Below, piece after piece: positions 29,471 through 39,812 of a stretch of 64,000 nt of DNA (positions within the stretch are counted from its first letter, which is position 1; every line of letters begins with the position of its first letter). This stretch comes from Sulfolobales archaeon (GTDB lineage Archaea > Thermoproteota > Thermoprotei_A > Sulfolobales > NBVN01), in assembly GCA_038841535.1 (NCBI GenBank), contig JAWBTQ010000002.1, positions 116,433 to 180,432 of the forward strand, read 5' to 3'. Position numbers and translations under genes: made by a program. The notes below the pieces were generated by a model. That model was given only the letters and a program-made list of their open reading frames with translations, searched no databases and was not told the DNA's origin.

Positions 29471-30216
29471 GCTATTTCGCAGATCCTAGGTTAAACGCTA
29501 TACCGGAAAGACTTAAGAACGTTAAATTGGTTGCTGTATTCACAAGTAGCAAGGGAGGAGTTGGAAAGACTCTGATATCTACTCTAACATCACTTCTACT
29601 CAGCAGGAAAGGCATTGGAGTAGGTCTTCTCGACTTAGACGTGACCAATCCAACAGTGCACACTCTCTTAGGGGTCGATCCTTACGAGGTTAGACCTCTA
29701 GAGGAAAGAGGGGTAGTGCCTCCTAAAGTGTTTGGAGTGAGCTTTATGTCACCAGTGTTCTTCACTATGGGTAAGCCGTCACCACTCAGAGGTGAGTCCG
29801 TATCTTCAGCGATTCGTGAAATGCTGTCAATAACTAGGTGGGAAGGAGTCGACGCATTGATTATAGATACTCCCCCCGGAATGGGTGATGAGCTTCTAGA
29901 GGTTCTCACATACATAAGAAGGTTTAGAGCCATAGTAGTTACGACACCCTCTGTACTAGCTATAGAATCAGCTACGAGAATAGCCGACGTGCTCGGTCAT
30001 AGAGTCGAGGCAGTAGTTTTAAACATGTTTTCGGGAAGAGTAGCACAGCTAAGCAGACTAGATACCTTGAAGTCGCTAGCACCTGTTTACACACTATCGT
30101 ACGATAGTGAAGTTGAGGAGTCGGTGGGGTCCCCGGAGAAGTTGATGTCTATAAAGCTCTCGCGTGAAGTAGATGAGCAAATAGTGAACCACATAGCTAG
30201 ACTTATGGCGGTATAG
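29467..30216 (+). CDS. Mrp/MinD-family P-loop ATPase, probably ATPase-type HypB
   Basis: SKGGVGKT, DLD, IDTPPG; lacks the Nbp35 CxxC; coupled to hypA as in Thermococcales. Confidence 0.75.
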   Translation: MSYFADPRLNAIPERLKNVKLVAVFTSSKGGVGKTLISTLTSLLLSRKGIGVGLLDLDVTNPTVHTLLGVDPYEVRPLEERGVVPPKVFGVSFMSPVFFTMGKPSPLRGESVSSAIREMLSITRWEGVDALIIDTPPGMGDELLEVLTYIRRFRAIVVTTPSVLAIESATRIADVLGHRVEAVVLNMFSGRVAQLSRLDTLKSLAPVYTLSYDSEVEESVGSPEKLMSIKLSREVDEQIVNHIARLMAV

Positions 30217-30226
30217 AGATTGTTGC

Positions 30227-30559
30227 TTACTTCGCTCTATACACCCTGTCGAGTAGCTTAAGCTTTTTCGCAACATCTAGGGCGAGCTTCTCTGGGTTTT
30301 CTTTAAGGATGTAGAAGCCGTATGGAGAGTACTCCACTAGCTCACAGCTCCACTCAAAGCTAGGCAGATACTCCGGGATAGTTACTTTAGCCACGTATAC
30401 GTCGACCATAGAGCCCTTAGTGATACTTACAACGTAAACTCTATCGTCTTTCTGTACGGATATTATGTAGCAGTCATCCATGCTCCTACTGACCGCCTTA
30501 TACCCAGCATCCTTTAGGTGCTTAGCGATGCAAGTCACAGCTTCTTCTACCATTACCAC
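30227..30559 (-). CDS. Hypothetical protein
   Basis: 110-aa ORF with an upstream AT-rich promoter-like sequence. Confidence 0.55.
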   Translation of the reverse strand: MVMVEEAVTCIAKHLKDAGYKAVSRSMDDCYIISVQKDDRVYVVSITKGSMVDVYVAKVTIPEYLPSFEWSCELVEYSPYGFYILKENPEKLALDVAKKLKLLDRVYRAK

Positions 30560-30645
30560 CTAGAACGATTATTAGAGTCATGCTTAAATTTTTGGACCCA
30601 AAAGAGTCTTGTAAACCAGTTACCAAGAGCTGGAGGTCTTAGCTA

Positions 30646-32121
30646 ATGCCAAATAGCATGAAGGTGGCCGAGAAATATAGGGAGAAAATTGTCGGAGGTG
30701 ACCCACTTAAGGTAGTTCTATGGCTAGCAGCTCCACTAGTTGTCGCACAGCTAGTCCACATATCATACAACCTTGTTGATGCGCTGTGGTTGAGTAAGCT
30801 TTACGAGGGGGCGCTAGCCGTTCCACGCCAGGTATGGCCGACTCTGATGTTCTTTTACGCTATAGCTATGGCTCTCTCAACAGCGAACTTAGCTATGATT
30901 TCTCAATACGTTGGTGCCGAGAGGTATGATGCGGCAAGTAAGACTGCGTCAAAGCTCTTTGCGTTTAACTTATCTCTCGCGCTAGCCATCTGCGTGGCAT
31001 ACGCTATCCTCAGACCATACATATTCTTGTATATTACAACAGTTCCACCCGAGCTTTACGGCGATGTGCTGAAGTATTCTAACATCATGCTTTTCGATAT
31101 ACTGTTTATGTACCTTGGTTCGGCGTTTACTACAGTTCTACAAGCAATTGGTGATACGAGAACCCCGACTTACATTAACGTAGCTGGAGCAGTTCTCAAC
31201 ATCGTACTAGACCCGTTACTGATCTTTGGCTGGCTCGGCTTTCCTACTATGGGGGTCGCGGGGGCGGCTATAGCAACAGTTGTATCGAGAGCTCTAGTAG
31301 CTATGGTGGCCATAAAGATGTTTGTAGGAGGCTTTAAAGGGATAAAGCTGTCCCTTGTTAAGCCTGATAGAGAGTGGATCGCTAGGTCAATAAGGATAGC
31401 TCTCCCTATAGCAGCCCTCCAGATGAGTAACTCTCTCGCGTTCATGGCTCAGCTCAGGCTCGTTAATACCTTCGGAAAGATAGTTGCTACAGCATATTCC
31501 ATAGGCTTTACTGTAATAGATATAGCAGATTCAGCTATGTGGGGGTTTTCGCAGGCAACAGCTATAGTAGTCGGTCAGTTAATAGGTGCGCAGCTCTTTA
31601 GTAAAGCTAAGAAGTCCGCTCTCTTGACTTCACTATTTGTTGGAGCGGTTACCAGCATAGGAGCCATCTTTGTTTACCTACTTCGATACCCTATAGCGTC
31701 TGTCTTTACTTCTAGTCCTGAGGTTCTAGCTGAAGCTACAAGGTTCATAGAGTACTTTGGTCTTACCGTCCCGTTCTTTGCTGTGTTCTTTGTAGGGTTC
31801 GCTGTTGGAAGAGGTTCCGGCCACACATATGTTCCTTCGGCAATAGCTTTCACTAGACTTTGGGGCATGAGGATAGGTCTAGGTTATCTCTTAGCATTAG
31901 GCCTCGGGTTGGGACCCGCCGGCATCTGGTTATCTATGGCTATAAGCAACGTTGGAGGCGGCATCATGTCTATAGCTTGGGTCGCACTAGGTAACTGGGC
32001 ACGCCCAGTCATAGAGGTTACCACTATAAAGCCAGGTGTAGCTACAGTACCACCCTCACTAAAATGCATGAGGAAGGAAGTTAATGAGGCTAATGAAGGC
32101 GTTAATAAGGACTACTCGTAA
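30646..32121 (+). CDS. MATE family efflux transporter
   Basis: YNLVDALW, GDTRTP, NIVLDPLLIFG, GVAGAAIAT; about 12 TM. Confidence 0.92.
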   Translation: MPNSMKVAEKYREKIVGGDPLKVVLWLAAPLVVAQLVHISYNLVDALWLSKLYEGALAVPRQVWPTLMFFYAIAMALSTANLAMISQYVGAERYDAASKTASKLFAFNLSLALAICVAYAILRPYIFLYITTVPPELYGDVLKYSNIMLFDILFMYLGSAFTTVLQAIGDTRTPTYINVAGAVLNIVLDPLLIFGWLGFPTMGVAGAAIATVVSRALVAMVAIKMFVGGFKGIKLSLVKPDREWIARSIRIALPIAALQMSNSLAFMAQLRLVNTFGKIVATAYSIGFTVIDIADSAMWGFSQATAIVVGQLIGAQLFSKAKKSALLTSLFVGAVTSIGAIFVYLLRYPIASVFTSSPEVLAEATRFIEYFGLTVPFFAVFFVGFAVGRGSGHTYVPSAIAFTRLWGMRIGLGYLLALGLGLGPAGIWLSMAISNVGGGIMSIAWVALGNWARPVIEVTTIKPGVATVPPSLKCMRKEVNEANEGVNKDYS

Positions 32122-32151
32122 GTAGCTAGAAGGAAAATGTAGGGTGGGAGT

Positions 32152-32343
32152 GTGAATATCGGTCGAATCGTTTCATCAGTTCTCCTAGCTACTTCAGTCT
32201 CTTTCTTTGCTTTATCGATATGGTTTGCCTACATAGAGAGATATATACCTTCCCTACTCTCGCTAACCTCAGGCTTAATTCTTTTGAGTAGTGCCCTAGG
32301 TATACTTAAAGAGCTTTTAGGTTCACGAAATTCAGGTAGGTAG
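32152..32343 (+). CDS. Small membrane protein
   Basis: Two TM segments; GGTGG RBS-like sequence upstream. Confidence 0.55.
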   Translation: MNIGRIVSSVLLATSVSFFALSIWFAYIERYIPSLLSLTSGLILLSSALGILKELLGSRNSGR

Positions 32344-32404
32344 CAAGCACAGTTGATTAATTCCCAGGTTTTGACCAAAAATATTTGAGTTTAAGCATTG
32401 TAGG

Positions 32405-32572
32405 CTAGTACCATACATCGTCAGGCAACATTTGTGTAACGTCGAGCTTAGTTAAGAGAACCTCTATCACTTCTTCATAGCTAAGTCTCCTCCCCAAGAG
32501 AACCTCTAACTCTCCAGCTACTCTGTCAAGTAGTTTGACTACTCTATCACTTAGCGAGACCGTAATAGCCAT
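32405..32572 (-). CDS. Small ribbon-helix-helix / VapB-like protein (55 aa, not in ORF track)
   Basis: MAITVSLSDRVVKLLDRVAGELEVLLGRRLSYEEVIEVLL..; TATA (TTTATATA) and GGTG upstream. Confidence 0.6.
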   Translation of the reverse strand: MAITVSLSDRVVKLLDRVAGELEVLLGRRLSYEEVIEVLLTKLDVTQMLPDDVWY

Positions 32573-32675
32573 TTATACACCAAGTCTAAATATTTCTAGT
32601 CAAAATATATAAACCATCCCTACACGGCACCAAAGTCATAGTAACTTGGAGAGTCTAAAAACGATGTGTTATCAT

Positions 32676-34463
32676 CTAAGTACTGCTGAATCCAAGACTG
32701 CTCGAAAGGTTTCTCCACTTAAGTCCGGATGCTAGCTTAAGCGTCATTAAGGCTAGAGTAGCTGAAACCACTGCTGAAATCAGTACTGCTGACATGAGAA
32801 GAGCTGAAGCTACGTGTACGGAGGCCGGGTTATACATTAACATGTTTACAACTACGGGAACTACTGGAACAGGGTGAGATGCTGAAACACCGTAACCTCC
32901 TGCTAGCACTAGTGACACACTAAATTCTGTAGAAGAGTATACTGAGGCTAGAGTAGCTGCTACAATGAAGGCATTTGATACTAGAGGTAGGGTAATAGTT
33001 CTAATAATGAGTCCTTGACTTGCTCCCAGGTTTAGTGCTTGCTCCTCCATGCTTCTGGATATCTTCTGGAGAGCAGCTGATAAAGGCCTTGTAGCGTAAG
33101 TTATCCTTCTTGATGCATATGCTAGAACGAGGTAAGGTGCTGGATTCGTTAGTGGGTCAAGAAGCGGTAAGCCTTTGAATACCTCATGAAACATCACGAA
33201 GTAGCCTATTCCTACAGCTATACCTGGGATAACTAGGGGAAGGGCTGTTAGTGCTTCAACTAGTGGTGAAAAAACTGTCTCCAATCTTAAGCTCACGTAA
33301 GTAGCTATGGAGGCTGTGAACATTATTAGGATTACGGAGAGAGTACTATAGACGACAGTATTTAATACTGAGCGCGCGTAGTAAGGATTGGTGAATACGG
33401 CTAGGTAGTTATTCAAGGTCAGTCCCCTTGGGGCGATGTATCCGTACCACCCGTCAGTAATAGAGTAAGCAATGGCTACAACCTTAGGTAGTAACGAGAG
33501 AGCTTGAAGCACTAGAGTTATAGTGATGGTAACGATAGCTAAGCGACCCATTCCAATCACTGTTGACTTAGTCGATACAACAGGGTATCTATAGGCCCTG
33601 AGGTTCTTCCAGAAGACTATGAAGATTGTGGACGCTAAAAGCGAGAGAACAACTACATACGTAATAGACCTGAGGCTCACTGCGTATCCGTATTCAGATA
33701 TGAAATCGTAGTACGCTATGTAAGCCAATAGGTTTCTAGCAGAATTATACCTACTAAATGCTACTGGTCCAGAGAGGTCTTCACATGATAGAACGAAGGT
33801 GAGAGTCCAGCTAACAATAAGGGCAGGTTTAGATAGGGGTATCACTATGCTCCTGATTACCTTAGGTCCTCTAGCACCTAAATTACTAGCAGCATCTACA
33901 ACGTTTCTGTCAATGAGGTCTACGTAGGCCGTCAAAACGATATGAGAAATTGGGTATAGGCTTAACACCTGGTAGATAAAAACACCGGTAATTCCCTCGA
34001 ACGTAACTCGATATCCTGTTAAGTACTCAGCTACTCTACTCAGCACTCCAAACTCTCTATGAAATAAGTGCGTTATGGCGTAGGCTGAAATGAAGGGTGT
34101 TGGTATGGAGGCAAAAAGAGGTAGTAAGTAACCAACCAGTGTTCTGAGCTTGCCCCTTATCCCTAGGCATGCTGTAGCAGAAAGTAGAGCTAGAAGGACT
34201 GTAGTTGAGGACACAGCAAAGCCTAGTAGGATAGTGTTAACAGTTGGACCGAAATCTAATCCTGTAAAAGCGATTATCCTGGTATCTGATAGCTCGTAGG
34301 CTCTCAGTAGTTCTCCGTCGGGAGGGATCTTCACACCCAAGTACCGAATGCCTGCGAGGGGGCTTCCGGCTAAGAAGCACGCAAGGGACGCTATTGGGGC
34401 TAGTAGGAATATCGACAGGAAGCATACCGGGATCAATACCATTAAGTGTAAGCTGTTTACCAT
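32676..34463 (-). CDS. ABC permease, FbpB/ThiP-type (duplicated domain)
   Basis: Two EAA-like loops (DAASNLGA, EQALNLGA); LPLVIPG. Confidence 0.85.
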   Translation of the reverse strand: MVNSLHLMVLIPVCFLSIFLLAPIASLACFLAGSPLAGIRYLGVKIPPDGELLRAYELSDTRIIAFTGLDFGPTVNTILLGFAVSSTTVLLALLSATACLGIRGKLRTLVGYLLPLFASIPTPFISAYAITHLFHREFGVLSRVAEYLTGYRVTFEGITGVFIYQVLSLYPISHIVLTAYVDLIDRNVVDAASNLGARGPKVIRSIVIPLSKPALIVSWTLTFVLSCEDLSGPVAFSRYNSARNLLAYIAYYDFISEYGYAVSLRSITYVVVLSLLASTIFIVFWKNLRAYRYPVVSTKSTVIGMGRLAIVTITITLVLQALSLLPKVVAIAYSITDGWYGYIAPRGLTLNNYLAVFTNPYYARSVLNTVVYSTLSVILIMFTASIATYVSLRLETVFSPLVEALTALPLVIPGIAVGIGYFVMFHEVFKGLPLLDPLTNPAPYLVLAYASRRITYATRPLSAALQKISRSMEEQALNLGASQGLIIRTITLPLVSNAFIVAATLASVYSSTEFSVSLVLAGGYGVSASHPVPVVPVVVNMLMYNPASVHVASALLMSAVLISAVVSATLALMTLKLASGLKWRNLSSSLGFSST

Positions 34464-35855
34464 TTACGTTCGACTCTGTAGCTCACTAAGTATCGCGCTG
34501 TACCTAGCGAGAGCAGCTGCTTTCACTGAGTCATAGAACTCAGATCTAAAGGCTGAGTCTTCAGCCACCAACTTGTTCAACTCAGTAGCGAGGCTCTTGG
34601 AGAACACTCTAGGTTCTCCCTTTATGCTAATAGTAAGCGGCGACCCCAGCTTGTGCGCTATCTCGAGTAGCTCTGCTCCAGAAAGGGTGCCTTTAATGTA
34701 GAGGTCTATTGCTAGCGACCAAACTTTCTTCAGGAGGGTGTTTGTGTCGGGGTCAGCTATTGCGGCTTCGAAATAGTAAACAGCAGACCTCTCCCATAGA
34801 GCGGCATCTTCTGGGTCATAGCTAAACGTATTAATCGACAGTACCTCGTACAATCGCTCTAGTGGCGTTCCCTCGGGTTTCACGTATGGCAGGTAGTAGA
34901 AGAGTTCAGCAAGAGCTCTCTGTCCCTCAACACTTAGCAACCACTTTATGAAGGCTACGGCCTCTCGCTCATTTTGAGATTTTTTAGCTACAGCCACTGG
35001 GCTTAAGTCCGGTAAGACTTCACCAAGAGCAGGATAAAACATTGCTTTACCGCTGCTTAGCTCTTCTGCTCTAATGCCGTATACTAAGACCGTTGGTGCT
35101 AGACCAGATATTCCGAGTGCGACATCATCTCTCGCTCTTTCTGAGCTTTCTACTATGTAGGAGTTAGCCCCGATAATGGTTAGCAACACCCAACCGTTTT
35201 CCCAACCGTATTTCTGAAGAATCATCTGCACAGTTCTAGCGGAAGTAGTGCTCTTAGTAGGCTTTGGGAAGGAGGCTATGCTCTCACCGTAAAGTATAGG
35301 TGTTGAGTACTTCGGTAACAGTAAGTCCCCCCAGGTCCGAGGAGGCTCAAGTCCGTACTTCCCGAGAAAGTCGATGTTGACTGTGTAACTAAAGACCGTC
35401 CTAGCGACAGCCACGAAGCACACACTCCCGTTAGGAAGCCTGTAAGAGTCTGCGCTTAAGCTCAGGATGATTTCATTCAGCTCTACATCCGATATCGGCC
35501 TTAAGTAGCCCTTATCGCACAGGTCTTTGTAAAGGGAGTAGCCACCGATGAAGAACAGGTCGGCCTTACCCTCCTCGGCGAATATCGGCCACTTCGATAC
35601 ATCCTCCTTCAAGAACATGACGTCCTTTATATTGTGCTCGCGAGCTACACTACTATTTAGAAATATTCTACGTAGAGCTTCTCCCTCGTCTGGTGCTAGC
35701 CGTGTGACAACTATTAGGACGACCTCTTTAGGTTGTTGAATCGCTGGAGTTGCACTTGGAAAACCAGTTAGGCTCACATAAGCAATAAAACCTCCAAACA
35801 CTACGACTGCTACAAGCAGAGACATGACTAAGTATCTTCTCATTGTCACCACCAA
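34464..35855 (-). CDS. ABC substrate-binding protein (Fe3+/thiamine/AfuA-like)
   Basis: N-terminal TM, PRTWGDL, PTKSTTS, ILQKYGWENGW, FIKWLLSVEGQ. Confidence 0.82.
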   Translation of the reverse strand: MVVTMRRYLVMSLLVAVVVFGGFIAYVSLTGFPSATPAIQQPKEVVLIVVTRLAPDEGEALRRIFLNSSVAREHNIKDVMFLKEDVSKWPIFAEEGKADLFFIGGYSLYKDLCDKGYLRPISDVELNEIILSLSADSYRLPNGSVCFVAVARTVFSYTVNIDFLGKYGLEPPRTWGDLLLPKYSTPILYGESIASFPKPTKSTTSARTVQMILQKYGWENGWVLLTIIGANSYIVESSERARDDVALGISGLAPTVLVYGIRAEELSSGKAMFYPALGEVLPDLSPVAVAKKSQNEREAVAFIKWLLSVEGQRALAELFYYLPYVKPEGTPLERLYEVLSINTFSYDPEDAALWERSAVYYFEAAIADPDTNTLLKKVWSLAIDLYIKGTLSGAELLEIAHKLGSPLTISIKGEPRVFSKSLATELNKLVAEDSAFRSEFYDSVKAAALARYSAILSELQSRT

Positions 35856-36024
35856 ACAAAGCTCTACTTTATCGCTTTTAAGGACATCGCAATTGACTAA
35901 GAATATCCTATGTTATAACATGACGTAGAGTGATCAGAGCTAACTCTACAGCAAGCACTTGAAGAGCAATAGAATAGCCGCACCTTACAGCTGAGTGCCC
36001 TATTACTCGGGGGAGCAGATTAAG

Positions 36025-36690
36025 TTAAGTGTAGCCAGCTAAGTACGTAATCACGGCTCCTATGCCTGCTATAACTGATATAGCAATTCCTGGTACAGGT
36101 AATCTGCGTCTTTGAGTAGCGATAAAGGCTACGACATACGCTAGCATTAATATTAAACCCAAGGCTCCGTGAACTACTGTGTTGATAAACATAGTTATGC
36201 CGCCCAGCACCACTCCCAGATTCCATAGGAAATCCTCGACTAAGTCTACTTTTATAGCTTGCCACAGCCTGGGACTAGTTATTGACACCAGCTTGGGAAC
36301 TATGGCAATGCTCATCAATAGGTACATTAGGGCGACGATAGCTACAGCTAGCACGTGACTCTCTAGTGGAAGCATCGAAATAGCGGAACCCAAGGCTATG
36401 TATGCTACTAGAATCGACGATATCAAGACTATGGAAACAGTGAATATGTATCTAAGCTTCATCAACACCACCTTTTTCTCTTTAATAGGTCTAGCAAGAG
36501 AGATCCTCACAAGTGAGTAAAACACGATAGTTAGAGCTGACACCGTAGATAAGCTAGCGTTACCTATAGAGGCATAGAATGCTGTTAAAACAGCTGCTGA
36601 AATGGGGACTACGTCGCGCCGCATAGCGTAGGTCGCAAAAGCGGATAGCGGAATGAGAACGAGGTACAGTAGAAGTTCTGCAGTGTTCAC
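36025..36690 (-). CDS. Membrane protein in MoxR operon
   Basis: Multiple TM segments; coupled to the DUF58 gene. Confidence 0.6.
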   Translation of the reverse strand: MNTAELLLYLVLIPLSAFATYAMRRDVVPISAAVLTAFYASIGNASLSTVSALTIVFYSLVRISLARPIKEKKVVLMKLRYIFTVSIVLISSILVAYIALGSAISMLPLESHVLAVAIVALMYLLMSIAIVPKLVSITSPRLWQAIKVDLVEDFLWNLGVVLGGITMFINTVVHGALGLILMLAYVVAFIATQRRRLPVPGIAISVIAGIGAVITYLAGYT

Positions 36691-37943
36691 TTTCTACCCC
36701 CCTTAGTATATTGTAGCACCATGCTTTCTTCGATAGGCTCCAGACCCCCACCAGCTCTCTCTAAAATACTCGATATGATGCTGTACAGCTTCTCGAGATC
36801 TTCTCTGTCAACATAGTGCTCGTACTCGAACCTGGGTATTAGCACCCTGAGCCTACTTCCAAACACCTCGATTAGGTCGGCAAACCTCGTAGGATTTTCC
36901 GTGGCTAGAGAGATAGGGTTCGCAACGAGAAGTACGGCTCCGTAGTCTGAGGCTTGCCTACCCATGTACGTAGGAACACTCGCGTATACACCCATGTGAG
37001 ATGAGCAATAGCAGTGTGGTGTAACATAAGAGAATACGTCAATGAGAGCTTTCGCAACGTCTTCGGTAGCACTTCTCACTACCTTAGCTGTAGCACTACA
37101 GCAGACTGCTAAATCTACTGGGACACTATATCTTGCTAAGCTTTGAACTAGTGAGCGAAGAGTTCTCAGCTCTATAGATGCGAGGGTGTTCGGGGGATTC
37201 CCGATACTCCAATCCCAAGCTCTCACGTCTAAAATCACGAGAACTCTAGCTGTAACCTCACCAAAGTCTTCTCTAACGTACACCCTCCCAGTACGAGCGT
37301 AAGCCTTCCAGACGATCTTTCTGTAGTCATCACCGGGAGTATACTCCCGGAAATCAGCTAGATCGTACATGCCTCCAGTAGCCTTACCGCGTATTATTAG
37401 ACCCCAGAGCTTCTCCACACTCTTTAGAGATAATCCCATACTACCGTAGTAAGGTAGAACAGTGATCGTCGTCGGAAAGGTAACGCGAGTTTGAGTAGTA
37501 AAGAAGCCTAGAGGACCGAAGGCGCGCACTTCGATATCTCTAAACACGTAGCTACCGGGCAAGAGAGGCTTTACTCTGTAAGAAAACATTGCGGTAGTGC
37601 CCTTCGGAAGCACGACGGCAGCCGATGGTTTCTCACTTAAAAAGAGGAACTCAGGTACTAGGTCAACTACTTCCGATAGTGCTACATCTCTATGGCTAGA
37701 GTTCTCCACGAAGACTTTGACCTCAACTTCCTCGAGCTCTGTAGCTACTTTAGCGCTTTCACGCATTATCGAAATACTTCCGATGGCATTCCCCGATTCT
37801 AAAGCTTGGTGGTAATCATAGTATAGTAGCAGGATGATCGATAGTGACAGCGCTAACAGAACTATGCTATCCACTCTAAAGCTGAGTAGTAGCAGTGATA
37901 GAGCCGCTAGAGCTACCGATAGACCTCTTAGGGTAAGTCTCAG
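36687..37943 (-). CDS. DUF58 family protein (probable CTG start at 37943)
   Basis: REYTPGDDYRKIVWKAYAR, VILDV; frame open upstream to CTG giving (M)RLTLRGL. Confidence 0.85.
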   Translation of the reverse strand: MRLTLRGLSVALAALSLLLLSFRVDSIVLLALSLSIILLLYYDYHQALESGNAIGSISIMRESAKVATELEEVEVKVFVENSSHRDVALSEVVDLVPEFLFLSEKPSAAVVLPKGTTAMFSYRVKPLLPGSYVFRDIEVRAFGPLGFFTTQTRVTFPTTITVLPYYGSMGLSLKSVEKLWGLIIRGKATGGMYDLADFREYTPGDDYRKIVWKAYARTGRVYVREDFGEVTARVLVILDVRAWDWSIGNPPNTLASIELRTLRSLVQSLARYSVPVDLAVCCSATAKVVRSATEDVAKALIDVFSYVTPHCYCSSHMGVYASVPTYMGRQASDYGAVLLVANPISLATENPTRFADLIEVFGSRLRVLIPRFEYEHYVDREDLEKLYSIISSILERAGGGLEPIEESMVLQYTKGGRK

Positions 37944-38881
37944 GGGACTTCCACCTTCTCTAACACGTCGGTTATTACGTCGCTAACTTTAATCCCGGAG
38001 ATCCTCGCCTCCGTTTTTAGAATGATCCTGTGGGATAACGTAGGATGCGCTACGTACTTTACGTCATCTGGCGTGACATAGTCGCGACTTCTCATGATGG
38101 CTACAGCCTTCGAGAGTAGGTACATAGCTATAGCACCCCTCGGTGACGCACCGAGTCTTACCATGGGGTGCTCTCTTGTTGTTTGGACTATCGCTGAGAT
38201 ATACTTCTTTACGTTTTGGTCAACAGTGATGTTCTTGACTATCTCGATGAGGTTCAACACGTTACCTAGGTCGAGAACAGGCTTCGTAGGTTCTGATACT
38301 ATTTCGTAATACTTGTCGAGAATAGATACAGTCTCACTTAAAGAGGGGTAGCCGATCTCTATTTTCGCTAAAAACCTATCTACCTGCGCTTCAGATAGGG
38401 GGAACGTGCCTTCAGTTTCAATAGGGTTCATAGTGGCTACTACTAAGAAGGGTCTAGGGAGAGGATATGTAGTACCTTCGACGGTTACCTGCCTCTCCTG
38501 CATAGCCTCTAGTAAAGCTGACTGCGTCTTAGGTGAAGCTCTGTTGATCTCGTCGACTAAAAGTATGTTTGTGAAAACCGGACCCTTTCTAAAGCTGAAC
38601 TCTGATGTCTTGGGGTTATAGACCACCACTCCTATGATATCGGAAGGTAGCATGTCTGGTGTAAACTGGACCCTCTTGAAGTCGAGACCCAGAGTACTCG
38701 ATATGGTTTTAGCCAGTAAGGTCTTAGCTACTCCCGGGACACCCTCTAATAGTACATGTCCTTCGGAAATTAGTGATGCTAGAATTAGCTCTACTTCTTT
38801 TCTTTTTCCTATTACTTTTCTCTCGATCTCGTCGATAACTTTTCGAACAGCAGATGAGAATACACGCACTTTACTTTCCAA
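37940..38881 (-). CDS. moxR: MoxR family AAA+ ATPase
   Basis: HVLLEGVPGVAKT, RVQFTPDMLPSD, DEINRASPKTQSALLEAM, GASPRG. Confidence 0.95.
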   Translation of the reverse strand: MESKVRVFSSAVRKVIDEIERKVIGKRKEVELILASLISEGHVLLEGVPGVAKTLLAKTISSTLGLDFKRVQFTPDMLPSDIIGVVVYNPKTSEFSFRKGPVFTNILLVDEINRASPKTQSALLEAMQERQVTVEGTTYPLPRPFLVVATMNPIETEGTFPLSEAQVDRFLAKIEIGYPSLSETVSILDKYYEIVSEPTKPVLDLGNVLNLIEIVKNITVDQNVKKYISAIVQTTREHPMVRLGASPRGAIAMYLLSKAVAIMRSRDYVTPDDVKYVAHPTLSHRIILKTEARISGIKVSDVITDVLEKVEVP

Positions 38882-39812
38882 TTCTATACACCCAGCTTAA
38901 CCAACCCTCAACATATTCCTTAAACAATATATTTACCTCAGGTGGAGTGCTTTTTCCTCTTCTGCGGACTGATGGCTTGGGTAAACTCGCCAAAGACCTG
39001 GGAGAGATTAAAGCAAGTATCAGCAACCCTGTGATCACGACTCTGAAAGTACCGGTCGCAGGGTCCCTGAGGAGAACGTATTCAGCGACCTTACCTACGT
39101 AGTATGGTATACTGACAAGGAACTTTGGAGAGACTAATCTCTCCGTGAATACCCGCCCACTCTCATAAAACACCACAGTATCTCTATCCAGTAGTGCCAG
39201 CACGAAAGATAGATGTGCTTGTCTGTATCTGGAACGCAGAACCTCGTTAATGAAGATGCTGGAGTCGCCGAACACCAATATCTTACCCTTTCCATGACGA
39301 ACCTCTGTAGCTACAGGTATACCGCTTACCCAACAAATAGGTATGCCACCTAATACCTCCCTGTATACATTAAAGAGCACGGTACGGTTAAACCCACTCA
39401 CACAACATACTCCTAGGGATATGTCGCTGATCAACTGTCCTACACTAAGATTCACCTTTTCGAGGAGGGGTCTCGGAGTTGTGAACTCGTCTAGTACGAT
39501 TAATTCTCCCCCCTTCTCAACCCATCTCAAGATCTGAAGAATCTCGTACTCCTTTGGGAAAAAGTCCAAACCGAGTATGAGCAGAACAGAAGAGCTTGGA
39601 TCATATAGCCAAATGTCTTCTACGCTTCTAGCTGCCTTAATCTTTTTGTAGATAGTCATAGCGGAAACGAGCTCTGATAACCCCCCATCACCTCTGTTGT
39701 ACAGTGATGGAGGGTCGCCCTCTAGTGATTGAATTAGGGGGATCTGCATAATCGAGAGAAAAACGAGCCACAAGACAGCGACAGATAGGAGTAAGGCCCT
39801 AGATGGAAACAT
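38871..39812 (-). CDS. DUF4350-like membrane-anchored protein
   Basis: SLYNRGDGGLS, GGELIVLDEF, GDSSIFINE; MoxR operon context. Confidence 0.7.
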   Translation of the reverse strand: MFPSRALLLSVAVLWLVFLSIMQIPLIQSLEGDPPSLYNRGDGGLSELVSAMTIYKKIKAARSVEDIWLYDPSSSVLLILGLDFFPKEYEILQILRWVEKGGELIVLDEFTTPRPLLEKVNLSVGQLISDISLGVCCVSGFNRTVLFNVYREVLGGIPICWVSGIPVATEVRHGKGKILVFGDSSIFINEVLRSRYRQAHLSFVLALLDRDTVVFYESGRVFTERLVSPKFLVSIPYYVGKVAEYVLLRDPATGTFRVVITGLLILALISPRSLASLPKPSVRRRGKSTPPEVNILFKEYVEGWLSWVYRIGK

